Below, piece after piece: positions 37,940 through 46,234 of a stretch of DNA of 64,000 nucleotides. The notes beneath the pieces were generated by a model. The model did no database searches, was not told the DNA's origin, and was given only the letters and a program-made list of their open reading frames with translations. Every line of letters starts with the position of its first letter. Within the stretch, counting starts at the first letter, position 1. Location: IMG/VR virus record IMGVR_UViG_3300034139_000007, positions 1 to 64,000 of that record. One strand, given 5' to 3'. Origin of the DNA: a virus. The position numbers and the translations under genes are program-made.

Positions 37940-38712
37940 AGGCGGTAGAGCGTGGCTTCGTCGCGCACGCCCTGTTTCAGGTGGGTGTTGATCACGTCCT
38001 GACCGACCGGCAGAGGGTCGATGATCCGACGCATGACGGCCAGCTCGTCGATGTTCTCCTGCTCCTTGAGCCAGTTGCAGGAGCCAGGCCGGATGCCGAT
38101 GGCCAGCGCGCGGGGGACTTCATCGTCCGTCAGCGGGCGGCGATTGTCCAGCAGGTCCGTGATGAGGGCGCGCAGGCCTTCCTTGTCGCACTCGTCCCAG
38201 CCGCCCTTACCGAAGCCCTTGAGGCCGGGGAGGGTGTCAGAGGGGTCGCCGACCGTGGTCTTGTACAGGCGGATGTCGGACGCTGGCATCTTCGGATCGT
38301 AGGTGCAGGTCACGCGGGGCGACAGCGCGCACAGCGCAGCAATGTCAGCATCCCGGCATACGATCTCGATGGGCAGGTTGGTGGTGGCCAGGAAGTGCTC
38401 GGTCAGGGCAGCGATCACGTCGTCGCCCTCGAACCCCGGCACGCGGATCTGCCACGAGCCGGTAAAGGCCATCAGCTCGCGCACGAAGTTCAGGTCGCGG
38501 ATGACGGTGCCCTTCGGCTTCTTGCGGGTCTTGTAGGCGGGGAACAGGGCACGCCTGGCCTTGTTCGCGCCCTCGCCGTCCCAGACCCAGATGCGCAGGT
38601 CGTAGGGGTTGGCCGTCTGGTTCAGGCATCCCATCAGGAAGTCGCGCAGCTTCGTCGTCTCCAGCTGCACGCGCAGGTAGGACAGGCTGTCGTAGAGGAC
38701 GATCTTTTTCAT
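37918..38712 (-). CDS. 5'-3' exonuclease / flap endonuclease
   Basis: WDG..RRALFPAYK, FEGDDVIA, GDPSDTLPGLKGFG. Confidence 0.92.
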   Translation of the reverse strand: MKKIVLYDSLSYLRVQLETTKLRDFLMGCLNQTANPYDLRIWVWDGEGANKARRALFPAYKTRKKPKGTVIRDLNFVRELMAFTGSWQIRVPGFEGDDVIAALTEHFLATTNLPIEIVCRDADIAALCALSPRVTCTYDPKMPASDIRLYKTTVGDPSDTLPGLKGFGKGGWDECDKEGLRALITDLLDNRRPLTDDEVPRALAIGIRPGSCNWLKEQENIDELAVMRRIIDPLPVGQDVINTHLKQGVRDEATLYRLCSEYML

Positions 38713-38721
38713 GGGGTCTCC

Positions 38722-38756
38722 AAACGAAGAAAGGGCGGCGGCCTAAACCGCCGCCC
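38722..38756 (-). terminator. Rho-independent terminator
   Basis: GGGCGGCGG/CCGCCGCCC stem then TTTCTTCGTTT on - strand. Confidence 0.75.
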
Positions 38757-38780
38757 CTCCGAGCTTCAGTTGAACAGGGC

Positions 38781-39572
38781 TTAGCCCGGCTCGTGGTCAC
38801 GCTCGTCCGTGGCACCGGCGACCGCCAGGAAGTCGACGAAGTCGGCCTTCCCGTAGGTGTTGCCGCCACCTTCAGCCGTCTTGTGGACCAGCTTGCCGCG
38901 CAGCGTCAGATCGTGGGGGATCTGACCCGCAGCGCGCAGGTCGTCATACGGCTTGATGAACGAAGCGAACTCCTTGAAGTTCGTGATCGAGAGCGTCAGG
39001 CCCAGCGTCTGGCCGGTCTTGACCAGGGCCTTGCCCTTGTTCTCGCCCTTCTCGGCGATGACGTCTTCACCCACCAGCGTGAACGGAATGTCCGCCGAAG
39101 CGTAGTCCCCACGGCAGCGGCTGTCGGCCTGCATCGCCTCGGCCACGCAAGCGGCCCAGGACTTCTTGGTCCGGCTTTCGGTCTGACGGTCGAACGACCG
39201 CAGATACTTGGCCGGGGTGGAACCCCAACGAAGACCGAAGAAGGGGACCACGTCGGAGAGCTTGAACTCCACCGTGATTTCTTCCAGGGCGTTCTTGGTG
39301 TCGGTGCCGATCAGGAAGCCGGTCTTGTCGACCTTCAGATAGGCGTCGACGCGCATGCCGCCCTGGGACAGCAGCTCACCCAGCGTAACGGGGCGACCGG
39401 CAGCGACCGCACCCGGTTGGGCCGGCGGCTGATAGGCACCGCCGACGGCGGGGGGAGTGGGGTCCTGAGTGGGGGGAGCACCAGCTGCGGCAGCGCCGCC
39501 GGAAGCCGCGGCTGCACGAGCGTTGGCGATTTGCTGGTTGATGGCGTCGAGGGGATTGGCTGCATCAGTCAT
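38781..39572 (-). CDS. Putative single-stranded DNA-binding protein
   Basis: Position between helicase and exonuclease with own terminator; low-complexity N-terminus; function inferred from context only. Confidence 0.45.
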   Translation of the reverse strand: MTDAANPLDAINQQIANARAAAASGGAAAAGAPPTQDPTPPAVGGAYQPPAQPGAVAAGRPVTLGELLSQGGMRVDAYLKVDKTGFLIGTDTKNALEEITVEFKLSDVVPFFGLRWGSTPAKYLRSFDRQTESRTKKSWAACVAEAMQADSRCRGDYASADIPFTLVGEDVIAEKGENKGKALVKTGQTLGLTLSITNFKEFASFIKPYDDLRAAGQIPHDLTLRGKLVHKTAEGGGNTYGKADFVDFLAVAGATDERDHEPG

Positions 39573-39668
39573 TTGTAGTCTCTGTTTTTGAAAAGTACGC
39601 CGCCGGATTGGTCGGCGCAGAGGACTTGAACACTAGTTCCGGCGACGCCTCAAGCCGCCGAAATGGAA

Positions 39669-39681
39669 TGTCTACTAGATA
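39669..39681. promoter_or_regulatory. Motif B palindrome copy 4 (TGTCTACTAGATA)
   Basis: Overlaps helicase stop, upstream of putative ssb. Confidence 0.6.
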
Positions 39682-41129
39682 GTAGAACTTTGTTCGTGCA
39701 TCTGCTGATAATGGTTGAACCGCAGCACCTCGCGGGTCGGATCGACCCTCCAGGCGTCCAGAGACTTGGTCTCCAGGATCTGCATGAACCGTGGGTCCAG
39801 GCTTTCGTAGTAGGCAAGTGTTGTAATGCGCAGGGGTGTCTGGCGCTTCTCCCTCACCGTCCGGCGGTAGCCTTGGATGAAGTCGCTGTCCATGTAACCG
39901 AGGGAGACGTTGATGACGTGGTCCACCTCGATGCGCTTCGGACCCCAGTACTGCCAGTTGAAGCCGACCGAGGCCACACCGGGTGTGGCGATGACCGCGT
40001 CCAGCTCACCGGCGCGGAACGCCTCGTCGACCCGGTTCTTCTGGGCACGAGACATCGACCCGTTCATCAGCGCCGCCCGCAGGCCACTCTCGCGAGCCAC
40101 CTCCAGGATCTGACGCTGCTGGGGGATCAGGGCAGCGAACATGATCAGAGGCTTGCCGGTGCGGACGTGGTCCTCGAAGTGGATCTTCAGGGCCTCGACC
40201 TTACCAGGCAGCTTGTTCGGCATGATGTCGACCGGCGGCAGGCCCAGCTTGTGGTCCAGGTCGCGCAGGTCGGGGAAGGCGTTCGGATGCTCCATCAGCT
40301 GACGGGCACGGATCATGGCCGGGCCGGGCTGACTGCCGTCCACGAAGAAGTCCTCCAGCTCCAAGAAGGCATCCTTGCGCAGCTGCTCAAACATCTTCAA
40401 CTGGGCCGGGTGCATCGACACCCACTGAACCTCGGGGATCACGGCCTGCTTGCCGAAGATCTGCTCGAAGGTATAGCGGATGCCGTGGGTGCCGAAGATC
40501 GACGACAGCTTCTCGTGACCGGACCAGAAGATCGGGCGGCCATAGTCGTCCAGCTGGGCGTGCTCCGACAGGAACGACAGCTCGTAACCGAACGGGTAGT
40601 AGCGGGGCTCGATGGCGGCGATGGCCGAGTACCCGGTGTCCAGCCTGCCATTGATCATGGTGCCGGTCATCATGACCATCTCGTCCATGTACTTGGCCAT
40701 CTCCAGGAACACCTCGGTGCGGGCGCTCTCCGGCCCACCGAAGCACATGTGATGCTCGTCGGTGTCGAGGGCGCGGACGCCCTGCTCCCAGATGCCCTGG
40801 TAGGTGGTTTTCAGGCGGTCCGGGCCGAGCATGAAGATCTGCGCACCCTTGGTCATCTCCTTCTGGATCTTGGCCGCGGAGCCATCCAGCACGGCGATGG
40901 CCGACCGGGGCAGGCCGGTCCAGCGTATCACTTCCTGGATGTTCTTCTCGATCAGGGCCAGGGGCTGGACCCAGGCGGTCTTGATGCCGTCGGCCACACG
41001 TCGGCCCATGTTCACGCACACCGGCGGCGTCTTGCCGGTGCCGGGGTCGGACAGGTCCATGCACTTCTTCTGCTGCATGTAGAAGGCCAGGCGGGGCACC
41101 TGGTCATCGTCTCTGAGGCGTAGGGTCAT
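39675..41129 (-). CDS. SF2 (SNF2-like) helicase
   Basis: DPGTGKT, DEHH, MTGT, VGFN, QGYRR. Confidence 0.9.
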   Translation of the reverse strand: MTLRLRDDDQVPRLAFYMQQKKCMDLSDPGTGKTPPVCVNMGRRVADGIKTAWVQPLALIEKNIQEVIRWTGLPRSAIAVLDGSAAKIQKEMTKGAQIFMLGPDRLKTTYQGIWEQGVRALDTDEHHMCFGGPESARTEVFLEMAKYMDEMVMMTGTMINGRLDTGYSAIAAIEPRYYPFGYELSFLSEHAQLDDYGRPIFWSGHEKLSSIFGTHGIRYTFEQIFGKQAVIPEVQWVSMHPAQLKMFEQLRKDAFLELEDFFVDGSQPGPAMIRARQLMEHPNAFPDLRDLDHKLGLPPVDIMPNKLPGKVEALKIHFEDHVRTGKPLIMFAALIPQQRQILEVARESGLRAALMNGSMSRAQKNRVDEAFRAGELDAVIATPGVASVGFNWQYWGPKRIEVDHVINVSLGYMDSDFIQGYRRTVREKRQTPLRITTLAYYESLDPRFMQILETKSLDAWRVDPTREVLRFNHYQQMHEQSSTI

Positions 41130-41132
41130 AGG

Positions 41133-41348
41133 CTAGTCCTTGATGCGGCCACGGCGGGGGCTGGCACGCCGACAGCGGCGCAGCACCTCATCCTTGGGGT
41201 ACAGGGCGATGCGACCATACACGTCGCGGACCACGTCCACCCCATGCAGGGTCATGTTGCCATCGTGAATGCGGACCGGGGTGTACAACGGGAACCTCTT
41301 CAGCTCCTCGATCAGATCGCCGACGGTGGGGATGCGGGCGTCAGGCAT
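41133..41348 (-). CDS. Hypothetical protein
   Basis: TVGDLIEELKRFP N-terminal motif common in small phage proteins. Confidence 0.6.
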   Translation of the reverse strand: MPDARIPTVGDLIEELKRFPLYTPVRIHDGNMTLHGVDVVRDVYGRIALYPKDEVLRRCRRASPRRGRIKD

Positions 41349-41580
41349 GCGTTTTCCAGTACCATTTCTGGGAGGGGTAGTAGCGTACTACTCGCCCCGC
41401 CCGGTGTCCACCAGCGAGGAAGCCAAGGCGCTTCAGCTCCTTGCAGCGGGCGTGGAGCCAGTCGTCTCGCCATCTCAGGCTGACGTCGAAGAAGCCTTTC
41501 GACCGCGCGATGTGGACGATCTGGGCCGGGGTGTCGCGTTCTTTGCGCTCGCTTTCAGCGCGGCGGTCATAGTAGCCCAT
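41341..41580 (-). CDS. Hypothetical protein
   Basis: In operon. Confidence 0.55.
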   Translation of the reverse strand: MGYYDRRAESERKERDTPAQIVHIARSKGFFDVSLRWRDDWLHARCKELKRLGFLAGGHRAGRVVRYYPSQKWYWKTHA

Positions 41581-41846
41581 CGTGCTTCATCCTCTGCCCT
41601 GATGCGGGCGTTGTGGGTCGCCACCTCATCCGGTGTGCGTGGCCGGTCCGGGGCGGGGGCGTCGTTGGGCCGGGCCAGCGGTGTGCCAGGCGTGTCGTCG
41701 CTGGGGCGGCGGCGAAAGCTGGGGAACAACGCACCCCTAGCTCGGGGGTTGAAGCTCTCCAGGTCGTTCTCATCCTTGGTCAGGATCTTGATCGGCCCAT
41801 GGTGCGCAACCTGGCTGGCGCGGCGGACGTCGTCATCCTTGCCCAT
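41475..41846 (-). CDS. Hypothetical protein
   Basis: GGAGG RBS before ATG 41846. Confidence 0.5.
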   Translation of the reverse strand: MGKDDDVRRASQVAHHGPIKILTKDENDLESFNPRARGALFPSFRRRPSDDTPGTPLARPNDAPAPDRPRTPDEVATHNARIRAEDEARWATMTAALKASAKNATPRPRSSTSRGRKASSTSA

Positions 41847-42456
41847 TCTGGATTGCCTCCATGTGTCGACGCAGCAGGCCTGCGCCGATCTCTTCAAACG
41901 GTGCCGTCGTGTCGACGTGGAAGGGCTCGACCCACTCGACGCCCTGGAAGATCGGGACGCGGCTCTCGCACACGATCAGGATGCGCCGGCCAGAGGCGGC
42001 GGCCAGCTCGATATGCCGCTCGATCTCTCGGGTCCGGTTCACGTTGCCCGCCGTCCAGACCAGTGGTCCCAGGTTAGTCAGCTCGTAAAGCGGAGCCAGC
42101 TGTAGGGCCTTGCGCCACCAGACGGGGCGGACTGGCACCTCCGTGGGCGTGGACAGCCTTGCCAGCGCCTCCAGGCTTGGCCCGAGGGTGTTATCGACAT
42201 CGACGATCATCTTCGCCGTGGAGCCCTCGCGGCGCGGGACCGGCCAGAAGACCTTGGCCAGCGGCTCGTGGACCCACGAAGGGGCCTCAACTATATGGTC
42301 AAGGTCGATGTTGTGCTGGCACCGGGCGTTCCGTGGCCTGATCTGGGGCTCGAAGGGTGCCCGCAGGTTGGGCGAGATCAGGTTCTGGACGCCGGACTTC
42401 TGGAGCAGGAACGGTATGCCGCCCGCGACGTGCAGGCCGAAGCGGCTGACGATCAT
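41833..42456 (-). CDS. Hypothetical protein
   Basis: ATGA overlap at 42456 (MIVSRF). Confidence 0.6.
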   Translation of the reverse strand: MIVSRFGLHVAGGIPFLLQKSGVQNLISPNLRAPFEPQIRPRNARCQHNIDLDHIVEAPSWVHEPLAKVFWPVPRREGSTAKMIVDVDNTLGPSLEALARLSTPTEVPVRPVWWRKALQLAPLYELTNLGPLVWTAGNVNRTREIERHIELAAASGRRILIVCESRVPIFQGVEWVEPFHVDTTAPFEEIGAGLLRRHMEAIQNGQG

Positions 42457-42644
42457 GCGGTGGCGACCTTGATCTCGCGGTTCATCAGCCGACCCAGCAT
42501 CTGGCGGCGGATCTGGCACGGGCTGTTGGCGATGGTGGGACCGACGGTGAACATCAGGAACTGCTCCTTCTGCTCTTCGGTTTTCAGGGCGGCGAGATGC
42601 TGGCTGAACTTCCAGTACTCTTTGGTGGCTTCGGCTAGGGTCAC
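42453..42644 (-). CDS. Hypothetical protein
   Basis: AAGGAG RBS, GTGA overlap. Confidence 0.65.
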   Translation of the reverse strand: MTLAEATKEYWKFSQHLAALKTEEQKEQFLMFTVGPTIANSPCQIRRQMLGRLMNREIKVATA

Positions 42645-43087
42645 GTCTTCTCCTTGGGCAGGGCTGGTGTGATGAGGGTGTCGAAGTCCACGCCGAGGAC
42701 GCTGGACAGCGTATACAACTGTCCGAGCGTAAAGTCGTGGGCTCCGACCTCCATGTTGCGGACGACCACGCGGCTGACGTTAATCTGTAGTCCCATCTTG
42801 GTCGGGGTCAGGTCATGCTCGGCGGCGTATCTGGCGATCTGGATGCCGATCCAGGAATGTCGCTTCGACAGGGCCTTTTTGTTGACCATGATCCGGGGGT
42901 CATCAGCCTTGGCCACCCGCTTGCGCGGGCCATTGGCCATCCGGTCAGCGTTCACCAGTTTGTGGATCGTGCTGACCGAACGGCCATAGGTCTTGGCTAG
43001 GTCGGGGACACTCTGGCCCTCCCAATAGCTTTCCACGATCTTGGTGTTCAGATCGCGAATGTCATCACGGCTGGGGGGCATGGTCAC
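42641..43087 (-). CDS. Transcriptional regulator with N-terminal HTH and C-terminal XRE-type HTH
   Basis: GQSVPDLAKTYGRSVSTIHKLV; LT..MG..INVSR..VRNMEVG..FTLGQL..LS..LGV. Confidence 0.8.
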   Translation of the reverse strand: MTMPPSRDDIRDLNTKIVESYWEGQSVPDLAKTYGRSVSTIHKLVNADRMANGPRKRVAKADDPRIMVNKKALSKRHSWIGIQIARYAAEHDLTPTKMGLQINVSRVVVRNMEVGAHDFTLGQLYTLSSVLGVDFDTLITPALPKEKT

Positions 43088-43107
43088 TCCGGTGCAGTAG
43101 TTGATTT

Positions 43108-43120
43108 TGTCTACTGGACA
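43108..43120. promoter_or_regulatory. Motif B palindrome copy 5 (TGTCTACTGGACA) upstream of HTH gene
   Basis: Intergenic TRTCYASTRGAYA match. Confidence 0.65.
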
Positions 43121-43127
43121 TTTTCGA

Positions 43128-43784
43128 TCAATGATAGTGGTAGTTTACATCTGCCGTCGTCCAGCAGGTGTCGCACGAACCGCACTTATTGCCCTGCTGC
43201 AAGGCCGGGCAATGGCTGAATGCCTCGCTGTCGACACCGACGGTCGAGACCGGCAGGTCGAACGGACGGGACTTGGGCGCGACGCCCAGCTTGGGGCTGG
43301 AGGTGCGGACCACCAGGTTGGACGGGAAGGTGCCGCCCTTGGCCAGGAAGGCGCGGACGACGGGCAGCTCGCGGGTCGGCAACCAGTGTGACAGCTGCGG
43401 GGTGCGGACGGCGATCTCGACGATCTTCTGCAGCATCTCGACCGACTGCAGGTCACCGGCGTCGAACCAGCGGAAGCGGTTCTCGACGACACCCGGGGAA
43501 CGCTCGCGCCGCTGGTGGGTGTACAGGTGGTTCAGGACGGTGACGAAGTTGTCGACGAAGGCGGGGTCATCGACGGCGGCCAGGCGGCGCTGCTGGGCCT
43601 CGACCACGTTGGAGAACCGGTAGTTGCCTTTGAGCGCATAGCAGCCGGAGCAGGTGGTGCCCTCGACCGCGGCCAGCTTGGACCCGGTGATGCAGGTGGT
43701 GGCCGATATGGACCAGGACCACCAGGGCATTTTCGACGGCTTGCCGAGGCCGCCGATGGCTTTGAGTGCTTCTAGGTATTGCAT
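43128..43784 (-). CDS. GP88-like Cys-rich (radical-SAM-like) protein
   Basis: SKMP, C..CSGCYALKG, FRWFDAGD, HWLPTRE, CPA..CGSCDTCW. Confidence 0.75.
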   Translation of the reverse strand: MQYLEALKAIGGLGKPSKMPWWSWSISATTCITGSKLAAVEGTTCSGCYALKGNYRFSNVVEAQQRRLAAVDDPAFVDNFVTVLNHLYTHQRRERSPGVVENRFRWFDAGDLQSVEMLQKIVEIAVRTPQLSHWLPTRELPVVRAFLAKGGTFPSNLVVRTSSPKLGVAPKSRPFDLPVSTVGVDSEAFSHCPALQQGNKCGSCDTCWTTADVNYHYH

Positions 43785-44005
43785 TTCATTTCCTTGACCA
43801 TGCGGCGAATGTTCTGCCGCACCCAGTCTTCCTGGTGCTGGAGTTTCTTCTTGTTCGACGTGTCCGAGAGCGTCGTCTGACGGCGCTGATCACCGTAGCG
43901 GACCACCATCAGGATGTGTTTGCTACCGTGCTGGAACTCGACGGAGGCCCCGTGTTTCGGGGCCTCCGCTTCAGCTGCAGCACGAACCTTTCGGTCCCGC
44001 GCCAT
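43772..44005 (-). CDS. Hypothetical protein, possible HicA-like fold
   Basis: GSKH strand pattern then T.S.T.S and a helix. Confidence 0.45.
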   Translation of the reverse strand: MARDRKVRAAAEAEAPKHGASVEFQHGSKHILMVVRYGDQRRQTTLSDTSNKKKLQHQEDWVRQNIRRMVKEMKCNT

Positions 44006-44006
44006 G

Positions 44007-44942
44007 TTAGACCCGAGAGATGCCGTTGCCGGGATCGACGTGCGGCTTGGGCTCGATGCCCCGACTGTCCGTGATCTTGCCGGTGATGCGGTAGAGGGTC
44101 GTCGCATCAGTCGCCAGGGTCTGGCCCTTGTACTTGCCGTCGTACTCGTCACCGGCCACGAAGGGCTGGAGCACGAGCCGCCCGGTGAAGCGCAGGTCGC
44201 CCTCGTCGTCGGCATAGCGCAGCCGGTCGTGGTCGGGGCCATAGGGGACGATCTCGACGTCGCCCAGCTCTTCGGCATGATCATCCGAGTTCCCCTCCAG
44301 GACCTTGCGCTCCGCAACCGTGTCGCGGTTGATGGCCAGGTCGGCGTCGAACTTGTCCGGGAAGCGACGGAACAGCTTGTCGATGTTCTGCTGGTCGTTC
44401 TCGCGGATGGTCTGGCCCAGGGCGATCAGGGCGTTGGCGCGGTACCAGGCCACGTCGCCCATTTCTTCCTGCATGTTGACCTCGTCGAGGGTCGCGCCGT
44501 CGAACAGGACGGGGATCAGGGCTTCCAGCAGCTCGCCGGCCTCGGTCACGATGCCCAGGATCATGTGCGTCAGCAGCAGGATCTTGGTGTTCGTCACCTC
44601 CAGCGGCGGGTGGACGTCGCCGAACACGGTCGGCTTGCCGTAGGCCAGGGCCTTCTTGAAGCTGTCGAGCGCGACGGTGGCGTCACGGGCTTCTTCGAGG
44701 CGGATGCGGAAGTGCTCGGCGGGCACCAGGTCGGTGCGGTGCTGGTGGCCAGCCGGGCAGGTGCGGCTAGCGAGGGTCTGGTAGTCGAAGTCGGTCATCA
44801 GGTTGTCCATCATGTGAGCGACGACGCGGAGTTCCAGGTCCGCGAAGTCCAGGTGAAGCAGGCTAGGCTGCGGGTCGGGGCGGTGTGGTCGAAGGCCCTG
44901 CCACTCGGGGCTGGATCGGTAGGCCCTGCCGGTCGGGGTCAT
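44007..44942 (-). CDS. MazG-like NTP pyrophosphohydrolase with N-terminal PolA-motif peptide
   Basis: LGIVTEAGELL..EEMGDVAWY..NIDKL..RFPDKF; N-terminus TPTGR..SPEWQ..DFADLELRVVAH. Confidence 0.8.
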   Translation of the reverse strand: MTPTGRAYRSSPEWQGLRPHRPDPQPSLLHLDFADLELRVVAHMMDNLMTDFDYQTLASRTCPAGHQHRTDLVPAEHFRIRLEEARDATVALDSFKKALAYGKPTVFGDVHPPLEVTNTKILLLTHMILGIVTEAGELLEALIPVLFDGATLDEVNMQEEMGDVAWYRANALIALGQTIRENDQQNIDKLFRRFPDKFDADLAINRDTVAERKVLEGNSDDHAEELGDVEIVPYGPDHDRLRYADDEGDLRFTGRLVLQPFVAGDEYDGKYKGQTLATDATTLYRITGKITDSRGIEPKPHVDPGNGISRV

Positions 44943-45219
44943 CGGGGAACTCCAGCACGGTGAGAGGGATGCAGTAGTAAGTCTCGTCGAGGAAGCCTCG
45001 AAAATCCTTACGGTAGAGCTTGAGGTCGAAGCGGACCTCGCGGTTCCAGATCACCACGTCGTGGATCTCGGCGGTACGGCCAGCGTGCTTGCCGCTCTTG
45101 ACCTTGACCTTGGTACCGATGATCGCTTTGCCGAACAGCTTGAGCTGGTCGTCGAGTTCCTTTCGGCGAAACTCCAGACTGGCGACTTTGAGGCGGATGA
45201 ACGTCTCGATCTGGTTCAT
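44863..45219 (-). CDS. Hypothetical protein with KOW-like motif
   Basis: GTKVKVKSGKHAGRTAEI. Confidence 0.6.
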   Translation of the reverse strand: MNQIETFIRLKVASLEFRRKELDDQLKLFGKAIIGTKVKVKSGKHAGRTAEIHDVVIWNREVRFDLKLYRKDFRGFLDETYYCIPLTVLEFPDDPDRQGLPIQPRVAGPSTTPPRPAA

Positions 45220-45220
45220 G

Positions 45221-45529
45221 TCAGTCCCACGGTGGGCTGTCGTCGTCCTGCGACGGGGCCAGGTTTACGGGCTGGGGCAGGAACCCCAGGGTGGTGAAGT
45301 GCAGCGCGGCGAGCAGCGGCTCCAGGTTTCGAATGTCGAAAATCGGATGGGATTGGGTGTCGACGTTCAGTCGGGCGGTCTTAGTGGTGGGCCACCAATC
45401 GACCCAGACCTCCCGGCCATAGGCTATCCGATAGTGGTAAGGGCTTAGCTGCTGGACCAGGTGGCCCTTCAGGGCCAGTTCCTGGGCCAGCAGTGCGGCC
45501 TCCTCCTTCGTGTAGAAGGTCCTACCCAT
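45221..45529 (-). CDS. Hypothetical protein
   Basis: AAGGA RBS; in operon. Confidence 0.6.
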   Translation of the reverse strand: MGRTFYTKEEAALLAQELALKGHLVQQLSPYHYRIAYGREVWVDWWPTTKTARLNVDTQSHPIFDIRNLEPLLAALHFTTLGFLPQPVNLAPSQDDDSPPWD

Positions 45530-45902
45530 AGACGACGTCCTTCAGCACGATGCACTGGAGCAGCACGTCGCCGGTTTCGGCGTCGTGACTACCCTCAATA
45601 AGGTCGGCGAAATGCAGCGGATGTTTGGTGGCCACCAGCTGCACACCGGCCTCCACCTGCTCCGGCCCGATCCAGATGGTCTTGTCGCCCTCGTCCTCGG
45701 GGTTGTCGAAGCGGACGCGAATGCGGTAGTTGCCGCTCTCGTAGAACTCGCCCTCGGCGTAGAAGTTGGGAAGGTCGGGTCCATCCTCGCGGATGAAGTC
45801 ATGGCACCAGTAGTTGGAGCCGCCTTCGATGGCGTTACAGATGACGTCAGCGACGCTCTGGAACGGCACCTCAGTCGTGACTTGGACGGTGATTTTCTTC
45901 AT
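45522..45902 (-). CDS. Hypothetical phage protein
   Basis: AIEGGSNYWC..DAETGDVLLQ..DVVYG. Confidence 0.7.
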   Translation of the reverse strand: MKKITVQVTTEVPFQSVADVICNAIEGGSNYWCHDFIREDGPDLPNFYAEGEFYESGNYRIRVRFDNPEDEGDKTIWIGPEQVEAGVQLVATKHPLHFADLIEGSHDAETGDVLLQCIVLKDVVYG

Positions 45903-46212
45903 GGCTGGTCGCTTTCTTGGCTAGGGGATATTCGCTCCCCAGTTGGACGTTTTCGACGGCGGTGCGCCAGCCCTGCCTGCTGGCCCATGCGAACAGCTGA
46001 ACGGCCTCAGACTGTTCCGGCGTCAGCATGGATAGCTGCTCGGCGGTCCAGACCTTGAGCCGTTGTTCGGCGGGCGTTGCAGCGCGGGGCGGACGGGATT
46101 TCAGGTAGACGACGATCAGGCTCACCAACAGGACGGCGAGCAAGATCGACAGAACGATGACGGCAGTGAACATGTGGAGACCTATAAGGATCAGGGGCTC
46201 GGCGTCAGCCAA
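45871..46212 (-). CDS. Membrane-anchored hypothetical protein
   Basis: N-terminal TM segment; start uncertain. Confidence 0.55.
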   Translation of the reverse strand: MADAEPLILIGLHMFTAVIVLSILLAVLLVSLIVVYLKSRPPRAATPAEQRLKVWTAEQLSMLTPEQSEAVQLFAWASRQGWRTAVENVQLGSEYPLAKKATSHEENHRPSHD

Positions 46213-46220
46213 GCCCCTGA

Positions 46221-46234
46221 TTTAACGGTTAAAG
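46221..46234 (-). promoter_or_regulatory. Motif A copy 1 (CTTTAACCGTTAAA), contains rIIB stop codon
   Basis: One of eight copies at gene junctions. Confidence 0.75.

Noticed and set aside
39609-39660. Functional tRNA gene or attP
   Set aside because: Only 52 nt, no T-stem or anticodon arm, and no integrase in the window; kept only as a low-score finding
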